Assembly: GCF_000150275.1 (NCBI RefSeq)
Contig: NW_002060944.1
Coordinates: 6,175,102 to 6,239,101 of the forward strand
Reading direction: 5' to 3'
Source: Trichoplax adhaerens
Lineage: Eukaryota; Animalia; Placozoa
Length of the DNA: 64,000 bases
How positions within the stretch are numbered: the first letter of the stretch is position 1; each line of letters opens with the position of its first letter. The position numbers were made by a program, and so were the translations under genes. A model generated the notes under the pieces. It saw nothing but the letters and a program-made list of their open reading frames with translations. It was not told the origin of the DNA and did no database searches. Of the stretch, positions 1 to 13,790 are shown in pieces.

Positions 1-1878
1 TAATCTTGCTTTTTGATATCGTTAGACGAATCGGAATTACTGAGGTGCAAAAACGCTTTGATAATCGAGACTTACCGCATTGTAAACAATGCTTACTTGT
101 ATGGTAGAAACTGACGGATCATGAATATCAAGGTGAAAGCACCATTGTACTCAATTCCGTCATAACACCTTACTCTGATTCTAAGGATTGACAGCAGCAT
201 CTTAACAAAGTATTACAGTTAACCTTTGGACTGATGTACAACTTACGGTATATTTCCCCAGAAGACTTTAATTTTATTTACCATGTAATCGCACTAGCAA
301 TAATTGTTTAACATTTTGCACTTGGATACAGGAAAGCATTATCAAAATTTTAATGATCTAATTTACGGCTAGTTTTTATTCGATTTAATATACGTATACG
401 CGTATATTGTGGGCTTAGAAAAAATGAGGATAACATGTAATTGAGGTAGTCAATATTTTGCAGTCGCTATGATTAGCTGCAAATTTATAAAAGTCAAAGC
501 AACTCATTGAATTAATAAATTACTGACAACTGGTATTATTTTGTACTACATTGATTAGCGCTAGATTACTGTGTGTTATCAAATACTTTCTTAATTAAAA
601 GAAATGACCTTTTCCATTAAATCGGAGATAGACGTTAAAATAGAGTATTACGTTGAATATTAAAACCAACTGGAATGATGTAGGGTCGTATAAAAGATCT
701 GATGCAACAGTGACCTAAATTCTTTGAATGGCTATAACATATTAAGATTGAATTTAGATACGCTTTCATTTGCAACATAGTTATAAACTTCATCTGGATT
801 AGATTATGTGTGGAATATGCGATAATTCGTGGATTAAATTCTATTTAATTCCGATGTGGTAAATAAGGCTATAAGTACATTAACAGCAGACTTTGTGTGG
901 GGAATGATATTAGTAGTCCTTATTGAAGTATCTAAGATGATTACTAGTATCTACATTCAGTATTTCTTTCCAAATGAGGCAAACGATCGTTGATGTGGAT
1001 AAGGAATAAAAATTAAATTAAATATTACATCATCTTGAACTATTCTGCTGACTACTTTTAAATAAGACATTACAATTGTTGGAATAACTTATTCGGAAAT
1101 GTAACTTTATTTCATATAATAACAACGGCCACATTGTAATGATTAGGGCAGTAGTATAACGGATACAAATAATAAACGCAAATAAAATAATGCCTAGGTG
1201 AACTTAGATAGATTAGAACCTGTGATGTTCATAAAGAAGTACATCAAACGATTCGAAATTCATTGACCTGTTGTGCAGAAGCATTCATGATATGGTAATA
1301 CATTCTTTTTTTGTAACAGTTAATTAATTTAACAAAAGCAATACCAGTAGTATTGTTATAGAAATCAAAGACATCAATTCAGGAGCAATACATTAAATGT
1401 ACAATGAAATAGCAGAAAGTGACGCCAAGACGATATAAAAAATTTGTATTTAAACATTGCATACATTGTGATACGATTTGATTATAAGTAAAGGTTTAAA
1501 TTAAATTTTTGCACCAGGAAAAAATTGTGTAGATTGTTGAATTTCAATCTACGATACTAATTTTAGTCATTATTAGCTCAATCACTTTCGAAATTACACA
1601 TTTATAGCCTCGTTACTAATGTGAAGGGAATATAAATTATTTAGAAATGATAAATAAAATTTAATTTACGATATTAGATTCCATGCTTGATATCAACCAT
1701 TGGCTTTTCTTGATTTTTTATCTAAAATAAGAATGTCCTTATTAATGACAACGCCATCGAAATACGATAAAGCATTTCTTGTCAAGTGACAAGTTTAAAT
1801 TTGGTATTAATTGATAATTGTAAATATCTCATTGCGACACTATGAATAGCTCCGTAGGATCTACAAAATTTTTGTACA

Positions 1879-4488
1879 CTAACTCTTTAGAAATGCCTTC
1901 TTCCAAGTAATTGCATCAGGTGACAGCGCTTGCATATTATGTTTGCAATCCTATACATAGCATAATATATAAAGTATGTTTACAAAATTATGGTTTACAG
2001 CAATTGTTTAGTTACTACTTATTATATCATGTGCTATACTTTGCTTCCAAATGCTAATTTTCGATTTTTGACAATATCAAATTTTAGTAATATATCCTAG
2101 GTATACTATTCACTTTTGCTATCAAATTTAGGAATAACTATACAGCTGTATACAGACTAAGCTTGATAATAGATAAATATTTTGTTTACGATAAGCGTGT
2201 TAAAAAAATCACTTGATTTATACAATGTACGATATGTATTTTGCAATTATAGCGAGAGTTACAAACGAAATTAAATAGTTAGATGGTATTATAATACCTT
2301 GTGTTTAGAGCAAACCAGGGTAAAATTATCTTCATCCAAGAGGCAATCTAAAAATTGACCATATAAACACATGAATTAAGTCATCTGATATAAATCTTAC
2401 TCTCAATAGCCTGAAAAATACACTAGTCAATCAAAGATCTTGTTCGAAACATTAGTTCCCATAATTTTGCGTAATAGGCAAATTTTTAACTCTTTTGTAT
2501 TACAGGAATCCAGAAATAAAAAATGTTGGTCTTAACTATAAACTAGTCAAAAGACATTCTGCATGTTGATAGTAGCGCATCATATTGAAATCTAACTATC
2601 GCATTGTATGAATAATAAAGTGTCACTTTACGAGAATAGGAAAGACTAGAATTTTATTGAAATATTAACAGCCATAGTATCTTACCGCTTTGCCTTGAAC
2701 ACAAGAAGTGATATTTACGACTGCATCCCTTGTACAGACAACCTATCGTACCTCCGAATGTACCACAAACGGAGCATTTCTATCATAGAAAATAAAAAAG
2801 AATATTAGACATTACTATTTCCTAGCTGGTAAATCGTATATTAATACTTGATAATTTCAGTTACTAGTAAAATGACTGTTTAAGTAAGGTGCAATTCTTA
2901 TACCACTCAAGGACCTGAATTTGGATTTAGTCGATGGCTATGATAGATCAATTAATTATCTATTATACGCGTAATGCAGTGTAACAAATAATTCAATTAA
3001 TTTTTTAATGTCGCTTGTATTAATTATATAATTGGACTGTATAGATCAACTTTATAACTTCTAAATTAGCTCGCTATCAGCATCTATTAGGTATCTTACA
3101 TTAGTTCGACCAACTCTAACAGCGTCAACTAGACCGACAACTGTGTCTCCTAGCAGATAGACACCAGGCGACCAAACTATACAATCTTCGTGAATCCAGA
3201 TTTCTTCTCGTTCTTTTTCAGAGAGAGAAGTTACATTTGCAATATTACTACCTGCATTTCGGTTATCAACAATACCAGTTGAGTCTAGTCGTCGGTTCAC
3301 TGATTGTTGAGATTGGTGATTATTTTTAACAAAATGACCATCCATGTAGTGGAAAGGACCATATAGGGCACCCAAGATGGAATAATTACTGGGAAACCCA
3401 CATAGCGAGCAGATCCATTGTTTAGGTCGTACACAAGGTAGTAAACTACTTTGACTGCCAATGTTATTGTTTTGAGAGATAAGATGCGATGATGGTAATA
3501 TATGATTTGCATCTGATGGCGCACTGTATCTATTATGACTATCGTTAGTAGTCTTCTTTTTGGATAGAATCGGCGATTGCTTTATATTTTTGACTTTCAT
3601 AATATTACTACTGTGATTTTCGCCTTTTCTTCGATGACTTGATGTCGTTTTACAATTATCCATTATAATTGGAATCGTATTTTTTCTGGGTCTACCTCTT
3701 CCCCTCTTAATAAATTGCCCTGTTTCCGGATCAATGACACCAAATACCTTTTTACTACTTGAATTTAGTATTTGTTCCTTAGTTCTGTTTTTACTACCAG
3801 GCGGTCGACCTCGCTTCCGCTTTACTATAGGCGTTGATAATTCATCTTGTTGTGTAATTATCTGTTTAGAGATTGCTAAAGTCAGTCCAGTCCTCGCTTT
3901 ATTATAATTATATCAAAGTTAATCAGTGGTTCAGAGATAGCATTCTAATCTTGAATCGATATGGATGTATAAAAAACACACAGATTTTAAGTAACAAAAA
4001 TTGGTACTGAAAGTAGCATGCATGATGGTTATCAATCTAGATTTCAGAAGAACGCACTGTAAATGTCCTGATTCCATCACAACTCGCGTATTTACTATTA
4101 CTTGCACTTACGGTAATAGAAACAAATAAACTGATATTTGATAATGTTTGTAATAGTATTATGCTATTTGTAAAGGGGTTACAGTTGTTTTTACATGTGC
4201 TACAGTTGAAAAGATTACTCTCTTTCTGTTGTACGTTACTCGTATGATACAAATTATATTGATTTAGCCAGGCTTACCTTAAACGTAACAATTATAACTA
4301 TCTAGCTGATACGGAGATACGCGTATAATTACCTGATCAGAATTGGTAATAAACTCTTCCGGCAAAGATTCCGATTGTTGATCATCTGATTGCATGATGT
4401 TGTCTATCTTGTTAGAGATAAGTTCTTCGTCACCAATATCAACACATTTCAGTAACGACTTCACTTTATGACGTGGTAAACATCGCAG
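1879..4488 (-). CDS. TCF20/RAI1-like chromatin protein (two AT-hooks + C-terminal extended PHD finger), spliced; 5' end unresolved
   Basis: Phase-compatible GT-AG exons 4488-4333, 3861-3100, 2779-2686, 2347-2298 and probably 1950-1879. AT-hooks KRKRGRPPGSK and KRGRGRPRK. ePHD: CSLC..LGALYGPF..IWIHEDCIVWSPGVYL..KCSVCGTFGGTIGCLYKGCSRKYHFLC..DCLLDEDNFTLVCSKHK. Confidence 0.85.
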
Positions 4489-5792
4489 CTAAGCAAGTGT
4501 TAAAAATACGGCCATCAGGATACATCTACTACGACATCGAAAACATGATAAATTTATAATCATAACATCTGTTTGACTCTCTATCTTGCCGATACTATTT
4601 TGTAATATTTGTTCTATACCTCACATGTCAGCGGATACAAGGTAAATCATCTTTGCATTCTTTAAAATTCGACATCTACCGTACTGTAGTAGTTTTCTAG
4701 GACTTGTTGATGATGATCTATTATTACAGTTAGCTTACTACAAAATTGTTCAATAACTAATATTGTGATCCATATTGCCTTGATGTAAGTAGTTTTAATT
4801 GTAGAATGTAGTAGCTTCAAAGTTTAAACGTGACCGAGGCGAGCCTTTAGTAGATAGGTAATGGCTACATCTTTCATGCCATATAGAGTAAGATTTAGAT
4901 TAAAAGACAAACAATGTCGTTGTTGCACTGTACAGTGTACACTGTTCGATAGTAGAAAGTGTGATGATTTATAAAACAATAAGTTTTGCTGACAAGTGAG
5001 CAAAATTGGCAACGATCCAGAGGTTCCACATGATAAAATGATATTGTGTATTACCATGCTTCAGTAAAGCACTACAGTATAATGTGCATGCATACAGTAG
5101 GTACGTACACATTGAGTTAAACAACATTGTACAGTAATGTAATCGTCTAAAATATTGTTCGTTTCTTAAGTGATCGGAAATTGGTTACTGGCTCGCAGAG
5201 TATTATTGATAGTAGATTAGTTTAAGGATCATTGAAAGGGCGAATTTCTTTCATACGCTCGTATATACATACAATATGCCGTTTCGTATCATGTTGTGAT
5301 ATAACTTAACAAACGGAGAAGAAAGTTGCATGGACAATAGAATAGAATATATATGGTTCTGCACCATTTAATGTGGTAGAGTATGCTTTGCTATCGAGTG
5401 ATACCTTGACATGATATCGATTAGGGTAACAAGTCTGAGTGATATCAGGGTGAAAGATTTGAACTCCTGTACAGGTATATGCAAAGTGTGGAGAAAACCT
5501 GATATTACGATCCACACAAAGTGAATTGACAAGGTGAAACACTGCATAATCTATCTTTCTGTATTAACGGTGATTCAGTAATTTTTAAATCTTTCTATCA
5601 GCTACCTAGGCATGGCAGAAAATTTGATTACCTCTATATCGATGTTGTCCAAGCTGACGAATAATTTAATTTGAATGCTTTAAAACTGCAGCTCCGACTA
5701 GATATACTTACGGTACTGTACAGTGTACAGTACAGTTCCGTAAGAGAGATTACAGTACATTGTACTTGGTACTGTACTGTATTGATCAGTCC

Positions 5793-5870
5793 TAGACCTG
5801 AGAAAGGTCCGGTCCGGTTCGGTTCGGTTCAATACCTTTATGATCTACATATATATTCAGCCCGGTTCAA
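5793..5870 (+). mobile_element. hAT-like transposon end fragment (copy 1)
   Basis: TAGACCTGAGAAAGGT followed by CGGTC/CGGTT repeats. The same 16-mer and GGTTCGGTTCAA recur at 22686. No partner TIR seen. Confidence 0.5.
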
Positions 5871-8021
5871 TACTGTAGTACTGAGTGTTATTAAGTTCTG
5901 GTCAGAAAGCGAAAAATGAAATAAAACGTATAAATATTACACAGTTTGGAGTAAAATTGGTATCCATCGATATGTCCTTATGGAAATATTTTTCAATTAG
6001 TCTTCAAAATTAGTCACAAAGATATGTGCTGATTTTTCTAAAACGAAATTAATCACGCTATACAGTACAGTTACTGTCCAGTAATTCAGAAACGCGACTC
6101 AGTGGATACTGTGCTATACAGTGTGTTAAACCATCGCTTTGTACAGTACTGTACTGTACACCGAGCAGAAAATTGAAAACATTTTTATTTATTTTTTCCA
6201 TACTAACAGTGAATATTATCAATCCGAGGATTATAAAATGCAGATACTGTAAACTAATGCATAAAATATAGTGAATCAATGCATAATATTACAGTCTATT
6301 TTTAAATAATAATCTAGATGTAATAATAATATATCTATTTTATTATGTAAAAGTAGAGGGGCTATTAAAAGGGGAGAGGCAAAAGTTGTGCACGATTTAG
6401 ATTTATCATTTATTATAGGATGTCGCAATGAAAGCACCCAATTTAAAGTTGGAGCATTTTTTGTCAAATGCTGTAAGTATGTAGATTCTATGTTTTGTAT
6501 ATATAAAGACAGGAATTGTTCGAATCTATAGTAGTACAAAATTAGGAACTACATTACTACCCTATACGTTATCATGACGTTATAACCTTCAATTCTATGA
6601 ATTGCAAACGTACATAATTTTTTTGCCCTGGGTACCCGTTTTCAATTTTTCGTTAAGATGATCAATTATACCCATTAGCATCAAGTGTACAGTTTACATG
6701 TACGTATGGTACAATAAAGACCTGATTATCTAATTAACTACGTACTGTAGTACACTATTGACTACAGTACTGGTGTCATAAATTCCTCAATTTATTTATT
6801 TATTTACTAATCACGGCCATACCTTGTACTGTGCAGAACTACTCAGTTTCGCGAATGATATCATTAATTAATGCAACATCACACACTTAGTATGTACAAG
6901 TACAGTATAGTAAAAGTATTTTTTTTGTTTACATACCAGTGTTGAGTAATAACTATTTTATGCTAGCAGCATTCTAATGTATTGTGCTTGTTAAAGTATG
7001 ATGTAGTAAATTTGAAACTACGTTTTTACCCTCATTATGTTGTGAACGCAGTGTGAGGTAAAGTGTAGCAAAGTTAGGATTGCTATGAAATAAATATGTA
7101 TTTTCTAAATGTCTAATGACTTAAATGATTTAGCTTCACTACTGTACAATTATAAGCATACGCACTACACGATACTTACGGATTGAAATGATAGAACTCC
7201 AGCTAATTCAAATATTCGACTGTACTTTCGACAGTGGAATGAAGATAGCCAGTCTTCAATTTCCTTCGTCATTCAAAGATATACACTTATAGTCAGTGCC
7301 TTCCAAAGTACCTTCCTGATTGTAAACAAGAGATTAATAGGGCTACATGCATGTATATGTTGGACGAAAATAAATATAATAATCAAATAACTAGAATGGC
7401 TAATAAATTCCCTTTCAATTCCTACTCTTGAAGCCGATGATTGAATTTACCGTTAATTTACAATATGTCTATGCGTCATATAGACAGTATTTGTATTCAG
7501 GTAATACAGTTGCCAAGTTAAGTACTTTAACTATCGAACCACCAGCAATCTTCTATTTACAGTCAGTATGGTTAATAAGCAAATAGTTTAAAAAGTTCCA
7601 AGCTGATCGATATAGCAATCCTTTCATACAATTAAAATATCTGTGAACTTACTGACGTGTCACAGTTTCACTAATTAAAATTTTCGATCTCAGTACTGTC
7701 TTTGTACGCACTTCTATGATGAATATACTATAATTATAGCGAGAGTAGACCATCGATAATTCCCGACAACAAAAAAGGACTTTCGAAATTTGAAAGCTTT
7801 AAAATTGCCTTAGTGGTTTTTTAGAAGTTTTCTACTTTACTGTTGAAGAAACTACCCAATCCATAGCTTACGCCATGGAGATTTCTATGGCAGGCAGGTA
7901 AGGCGAATCGTTTGCATTAATACGCGTATTCAAGCGTTTTTATTACGGTATTGCAAACTGAACGAACTGAACGCCGCGCCGTTAAACCGTATCACATTGT
8001 ACGGACTAACGGACGGTACTG

Positions 8022-8831
8022 GTCCATACTATTGAATCTATTTTGGCGTGATGTCAGTAATTCTGCACATGTCCTGCAAGGTATTAGTTTTAGCTAATAA
8101 TTATATTTTCTATTTATTGATGGCTTACTTACTTACTTGGGAATAAGATACTAATTTATTTATTACGGCGATATACTGGTATTAACTACTGTGGTGATTC
8201 ATCCAGATCGAGCCAGCCCGGTGAGTGAATTACTCGTGTGATGCATAGTCCATACTATTGAATTCATTTCGGCGTGATGTCAGTAATTCTGCACATGTCC
8301 TGCGTGGTATTATTTTTAGCTGATAATTATATTTTCTATTTATTGATGGCTTATTTACTTACTTGGGAATAAGTTACTAATTTATTTATTACGGCAATAT
8401 ACTGGTACTACTGTGGTGATTCATCCCGATCGGTGAGTGAATTACTCGAGCGATGCTAGTCCATACTATTGAATTTATTCTGGCATAATGTCAGTAATTC
8501 TGCACATGTCCTGCAAGGTATTAGTTTTAGCTGATAATTATATTTTCTATTTGTTGATGGCTTACTTACTTACTTGGGAATAAGTTACTAGTTTATTTAT
8601 TACGGCAATATTCTGCTACTACTGTGGTAATTCATCCCGATCGAGCCGGCCTGGTGAGTGAATTACTCGTGTGATGTATAGTCTATACTATTGAGTTCAT
8701 TCTGGCGTGATGTCAGTAATTCTGCACATGTCCTGGGTGGTATTATTTTTAGCTGATAATTATATTTTCTATTTATTGATGGCTTACTTACTTACTTGGG
8801 AACAAGTTACTTATTTATTTATTACGGTGAT
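8022..8831. repeat. Tandem repeat, ~3.7 units of 211-226 bp, high identity
   Basis: Units start at 8022, 8248, 8459 and 8681 (GTCCATACTATTGAAT..ATGTCAGTAATTCTGCACATGTCCTG..). Confidence 0.95.
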
Positions 8832-11466
8832 GCATTGTTGCAAACTGCAACGTGGCAGCAGTGATTAAACGTTTAATATTAATTTGTATATCTTCTTGAC
8901 GTTGAGTCGATCGTCTTGGACAAGATTGCGCACATCAGCAGTCCCTCAAAAAAAGTCTCCTTTTATTAAGCATTAGGATAATCCCTTGTAGTTAAGAAGA
9001 ATTGTGCTCAGCATTGTTAAAACAACATATTACAATCATATGCTACGCTTATCTGATTAGTTCGCTATATAATTTATCTGTCATCCTTTCTAAAAATTGT
9101 AATAAGTTCTATGCAGTTTAACTGCTTGCCTTGGAGTTTGCAAAGAAACCTTTCCATAATAAATCTGTGCCGTCTGATCTTACACGCATATGGAACGCAT
9201 GAAAGCCTTAAAGCCGATTCTTAACTGTATAATAAATCGCCAAATCTGAAAAGACTTATCATTGCTCATGTCATATATAAAGGATGTTTATTTTACTTTT
9301 TCTTCTTCCAAACATCCATGAAAAGATAATTAATCGAAATATTTAATTTATTTACAGAAGTACTGACTGTTCAGTACTGATCTTAGTAAGTTACACTGTC
9401 TTGTGTAGTGCAGTAGTCAAAGGTCAAATTTTTTGGTATTTGCATTGTATAGTTGCATAGTAATTAGTTCGTTTAAACTGTATTTATATTTTACTTGCAG
9501 CTGCTGTACTGTCTTTATGTACTAATAAACACTACTGACCCTAACGTCAGTTGAAGATGAATTAAATTAAAATTTGCCTTACCTAATCGTAAAATTTTTT
9601 ACTTCGGACAATGTACGCCTATGCGAAACGAAGTAATGATATGTTCAATCCGGTAAGGTATTTCAATCTCTGTATATATACACTTTTAAATAATAGAAAT
9701 ACTCGGTTAAAATAAATCTTTTATCACCTTTGAAATGTAAATCACCGTAAAAACCTAGAAAATAGGCTGTATATTTATAACAGATATACGCATGTATTTA
9801 TTGTATTCTAAATTTGTTTACACTTAACTCTTAGGACTTCCGTGATTATTCTAACTGTAACTCAAATCAGATTGTCATATTTAATAGTAAATACAGCATA
9901 GTGCTGATCATTACAAGATGCTGTACTCACTTTCTAAATTTAGATTATACTGTACAATAGTTGCTCACAAAATAGAAAGTTTGCTATGATATATCAAATG
10001 ATGACTCTAACCGAAAACGAACAATAATTTTCTTGTTAAAACTCTGTATAAGTTACGGGCATATCGGGCTTTATCTAACAGCAATTATAATGCATAATAC
10101 GCGTAAATGCATAAAGGTATAAAATGTGGAAATTTATCCACTAAGTCTGTCTATGTATGCAAAATGAGTGGCAAGCGACTAAAGACACATTGATAAAGAA
10201 ATTAATAATTAGCTTTCTTGATATCCAATAAGGTTTAGCGTTATACAACATCATAACGTACTCAAAAATTAGTAGATTAAATGCACCTGATATAGAGAAG
10301 TCGGATTAAATCATTTATGATTTAGTTACCATGATTTATTCAGACTAAAGATATTGACTTACCATAATGATGACATTTGTAATTGTCATTAATGATGGCG
10401 AAAACACCTGCGAACTCAAATTAATACTTCGTCAATGAGTTATAGCTGTCATCTGCCTTTCTTATTTTCTACAGATGCGTTGTCAAAATGATGCGCCATT
10501 ATCCCTATGTTGTGTTAGCGTATAACATTTTAGAACATAATATTTAAATCTTAATGTTATGTTTATCACTGATGTCGATACCTTTATAGATACAAAAATA
10601 ATATAATAATAATAGGGTTAGAATCGTGCAGTAAATTTTATTCGACATCTTAGCAATATACGATGTAAATCAGATAACTTGATTCTGAACACTTATCACT
10701 TTAAGCTGCTAAACTGGTTCGGCCAACTCTGACTCATTACAGTCCTAGATCCCAGATATTATACTCGATATGGTAATACATCACTGAATTATCTAAAACT
10801 GATTTCGTGTAATAATATAGTATTTATTCATGAAGTATTATTGTTGCTGTTGCTTCCTCATAAATATATAAATCGAAATTCGATATGTTAAGCTGGCTGA
10901 ATAACATTGTCATTTTATGCGAAAGAGCTGCATAAGCTAACCTATAATTGTGGATATAAAGTCAATTTCATTGGTTCTTAATTGTATCATAGCTGAACAA
11001 TTACTAAATTCATACCAAAGTTTATGATTGAGTGACAGATTCGATGTTACAAGAAATTGTACGTTATTAATATTTTATCAATCCTTTTGCAAATCTGTAC
11101 CTGGTACACATTCACTACTATTGTGTCGAAAATTCACATTAATAGTAAATAGATATGGCATGCTGTAAATATCGTTGCAGTCGTAAACTCTATGATCTAG
11201 GAGTAAAATAAACAGATTGCAGCGATTGGTGTTGAAAAGAGATAAAGTACAAAGATTGACATATTTGGCGATGTAGAGTATACTACAAGATTCTTTTTTT
11301 CAATATACGCTGTTAATAGTAACAGGAGTATGGATTTGTAGGGTCAAAATTTATACATTTGCTTACATTCATAAGCAATTTTTCAACTATGTTAGGAAAA
11401 AATTTAAATTATATTTAAGTATATTTTAATAGTTCGCTAATTCATCGGATTTTGTTTAATTTCAAT

Positions 11467-12423
11467 ATGGTTAACGACACTACATCAAATATTACCTCCC
11501 AGAGCTATTCTACCGTTACGGTTATATCTGTTCTAAGTTACGTGATTTTAATGATAGTCACCGTTTCAGGAAACGCCTTGGCGCTGAGAGTATTCCATCG
11601 ATATGTCGAACTTCGAACACCGGTAAACTATTTGTTAATTAATCTAGCCATTGCGGATATATTAAAAGGAGGAATACAAGATGGACTTGTTCTTTGTGGA
11701 TTATTAACACCTGATTGGGGGTATAATCGGGTTATATGCAATGTTAGTGGATTTATGTTATCAGCTTTCCACGTCGGGACAATTTTCACATTGACTTTGA
11801 CAGGAATATTCCGTTATCTTATTGTTGTAAACTCCATGAAACATTGGATTACCAGAAAAGTGGTAGTTGCAGCTATTTTAGTCATTTGGTTATATGCTTG
11901 TTTAATAGCTTTCTTACCCATTTTGGGATGGAACCACTATACATATGATAAGATGCAACTTTTATGCTTGCCTAACATTACAATGGAAATCTCTTATCCG
12001 ATATTTGCAATAACGGTGGATATTATGGTACCCATCTTCCTTTTAGGGTATTGTTATTTAAGGGTTTATATGGTCATGAGACAAAACATGCGGCGTACCA
12101 CAGTCACTTTACATGGAAAAACTCGATCTAGATCGTATTCTCGCTTGCATAAAAGAGAGGTACAGATGACACGAATGATGTTTTCCGTTTACTTAGCATT
12201 TGTAATATGTTATATACCTTATGTAATTCAGGCATATGTTCTGATACCACTGCAAATAGATGTACCAAATGTTATAGTCTTTCTTACAGGTTATATTTTA
12301 AATACTAATAGTGCTATAAATCCGTTTTTGTATGGATTCACTTCGGAAAAATTTCGTCAAGTTTACAGTGCCTATTTATGTTGTTTATTTTCGTGCCGAA
12401 AACGGGTTATGCCTAGTCGCTAA
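11467..12423 (+). CDS. Opsin-related class A GPCR without the retinal-binding Lys (placopsin-like); single coding exon, 318 aa
   Basis: Seven hydrophobic segments. Opsin-like motifs LRTPVNYLLINLAIAD, ICNVSGF, PILGWNHYTYDKMQLLC, KREVQMTRMM, NPFLYGFTSEKFR. The K296-equivalent is Asn. First ATG is at 11467 (the ORF track start is TTG). N-terminal NDT/NIT sequons. Confidence 0.9.
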   Translation: MVNDTTSNITSQSYSTVTVISVLSYVILMIVTVSGNALALRVFHRYVELRTPVNYLLINLAIADILKGGIQDGLVLCGLLTPDWGYNRVICNVSGFMLSAFHVGTIFTLTLTGIFRYLIVVNSMKHWITRKVVVAAILVIWLYACLIAFLPILGWNHYTYDKMQLLCLPNITMEISYPIFAITVDIMVPIFLLGYCYLRVYMVMRQNMRRTTVTLHGKTRSRSYSRLHKREVQMTRMMFSVYLAFVICYIPYVIQAYVLIPLQIDVPNVIVFLTGYILNTNSAINPFLYGFTSEKFRQVYSAYLCCLFSCRKRVMPSR

Positions 12424-13790
12424 TTTGATTCTTTGCGATGTACTGAACTTGTCAACATGTTACAATATACGTACAGCAAATAGTAACCGACCTATTTTAA
12501 GATTATTTATTGCCGTAATTTTATAAATTCTCGATAATAAATTAGTAAATGTACATACAAATTGCGTATTTTATTCACAAGATGAGCTTTATCAACATAA
12601 AAGGCAAAAAAAAAGGAAAAGAAAACTAGATTTCCTGTTGAAGTTTTCGTAAACCGCAACATACACGTACGTTGCTATGGGCTAATTTGTTAATTTGCAG
12701 TGAAGTTAAATTCACAGTAGAATTTAGAATAATTGAGATATGCTCATTGTGATGTAACCATAAAAGAGCTTAGTATAGTGTAGATGTCCTATTTCTAGTG
12801 ATACTGCAATAATAATAAGATACTATAAATAACATGAGTGAATTTATGATTTACAGGGTAAAAAAGTTTTGAATTGACCGTAAATATTTTTGACTACAGT
12901 ATAGTATAGCGTAGGATATACGTCCATTTTTTATCGTAGCATTTAGAGGTCAGAAAGAAACCTTTCTGCTGTAGCATTTGACAACCTTGGTTTGGTAGAC
13001 TAGTTTGGCTCGAAAGTTAAGCGTACTGCTTATGTTATAATTAGATTAGTCAATTTTCTCGGATAGAGATATGGCTTTCTTGTATAGTACTTCTATGGAC
13101 ATGTTTTATTTCAACAATCTATACTTGTAATACTGTACCTTAAAATACAATTGGCATTGTATAAGTACGAACTTTAACTACTGTATAGTGTACTGTACAC
13201 CTACTCATGTACTGTACAAATTAAATTAAAATTTAATAATTTAATTTATAGTCCTGCGTTATAACCATACATATATTATATATTAGATAGTGATTCAATA
13301 TTAGCGACTAATTGTGTATTAAGAGTATTTAACGTATACATACTGTATAGTAGTGTTACAGTACTAAATATGTCCTTTAACCATGCGACTAAAAACACAT
13401 ACAGTAAAAGATATCTTAACAGTAGTACTATTTACCAAACGAATCCTGAAAGGAGCCAACCCTGCAAAGACTTGGGTAATCAACAGTACAGTTCGTACAC
13501 GTATATTTGATTTTCCGAAACGTACAAACATAACAGAGCGAATTTATAATGTATATTTCATATACCATATTTATTATTGTACATATTTCTAGCTTGTCGT
13601 AGAATCACCGTAGTTAAACTTATTGAATTTATAGTATGGATTATAATTATGAACTAGTCTCCTGTAAGTAGTCCATGATTATACATATATTGCACTGTAT
13701 TTGACATGAATATACTATCTTGTAAGTCCATGTTACTGCGCTGTCCTGTACTGTATAACAGTAGTGCAGTACTGTATGCTATTAACTAAA

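Noticed and set aside
97-180. Exon-like minus-strand segment (IRVRCYDGIEYNGAFTLIF..)
   Set aside because: AG/GT-bounded and open in one frame, but has no homology or linked exons and lies at the window edge.
6340-7390. Possible two-exon + strand gene
   Set aside because: Frames can be joined, but there is no clear start codon or recognisable protein.
8022-8831. C/D snoRNA cluster
   Set aside because: GTGATGT is an imperfect C box, CTGA is missing at that position in unit 1, and there are no terminal stems or host intron.
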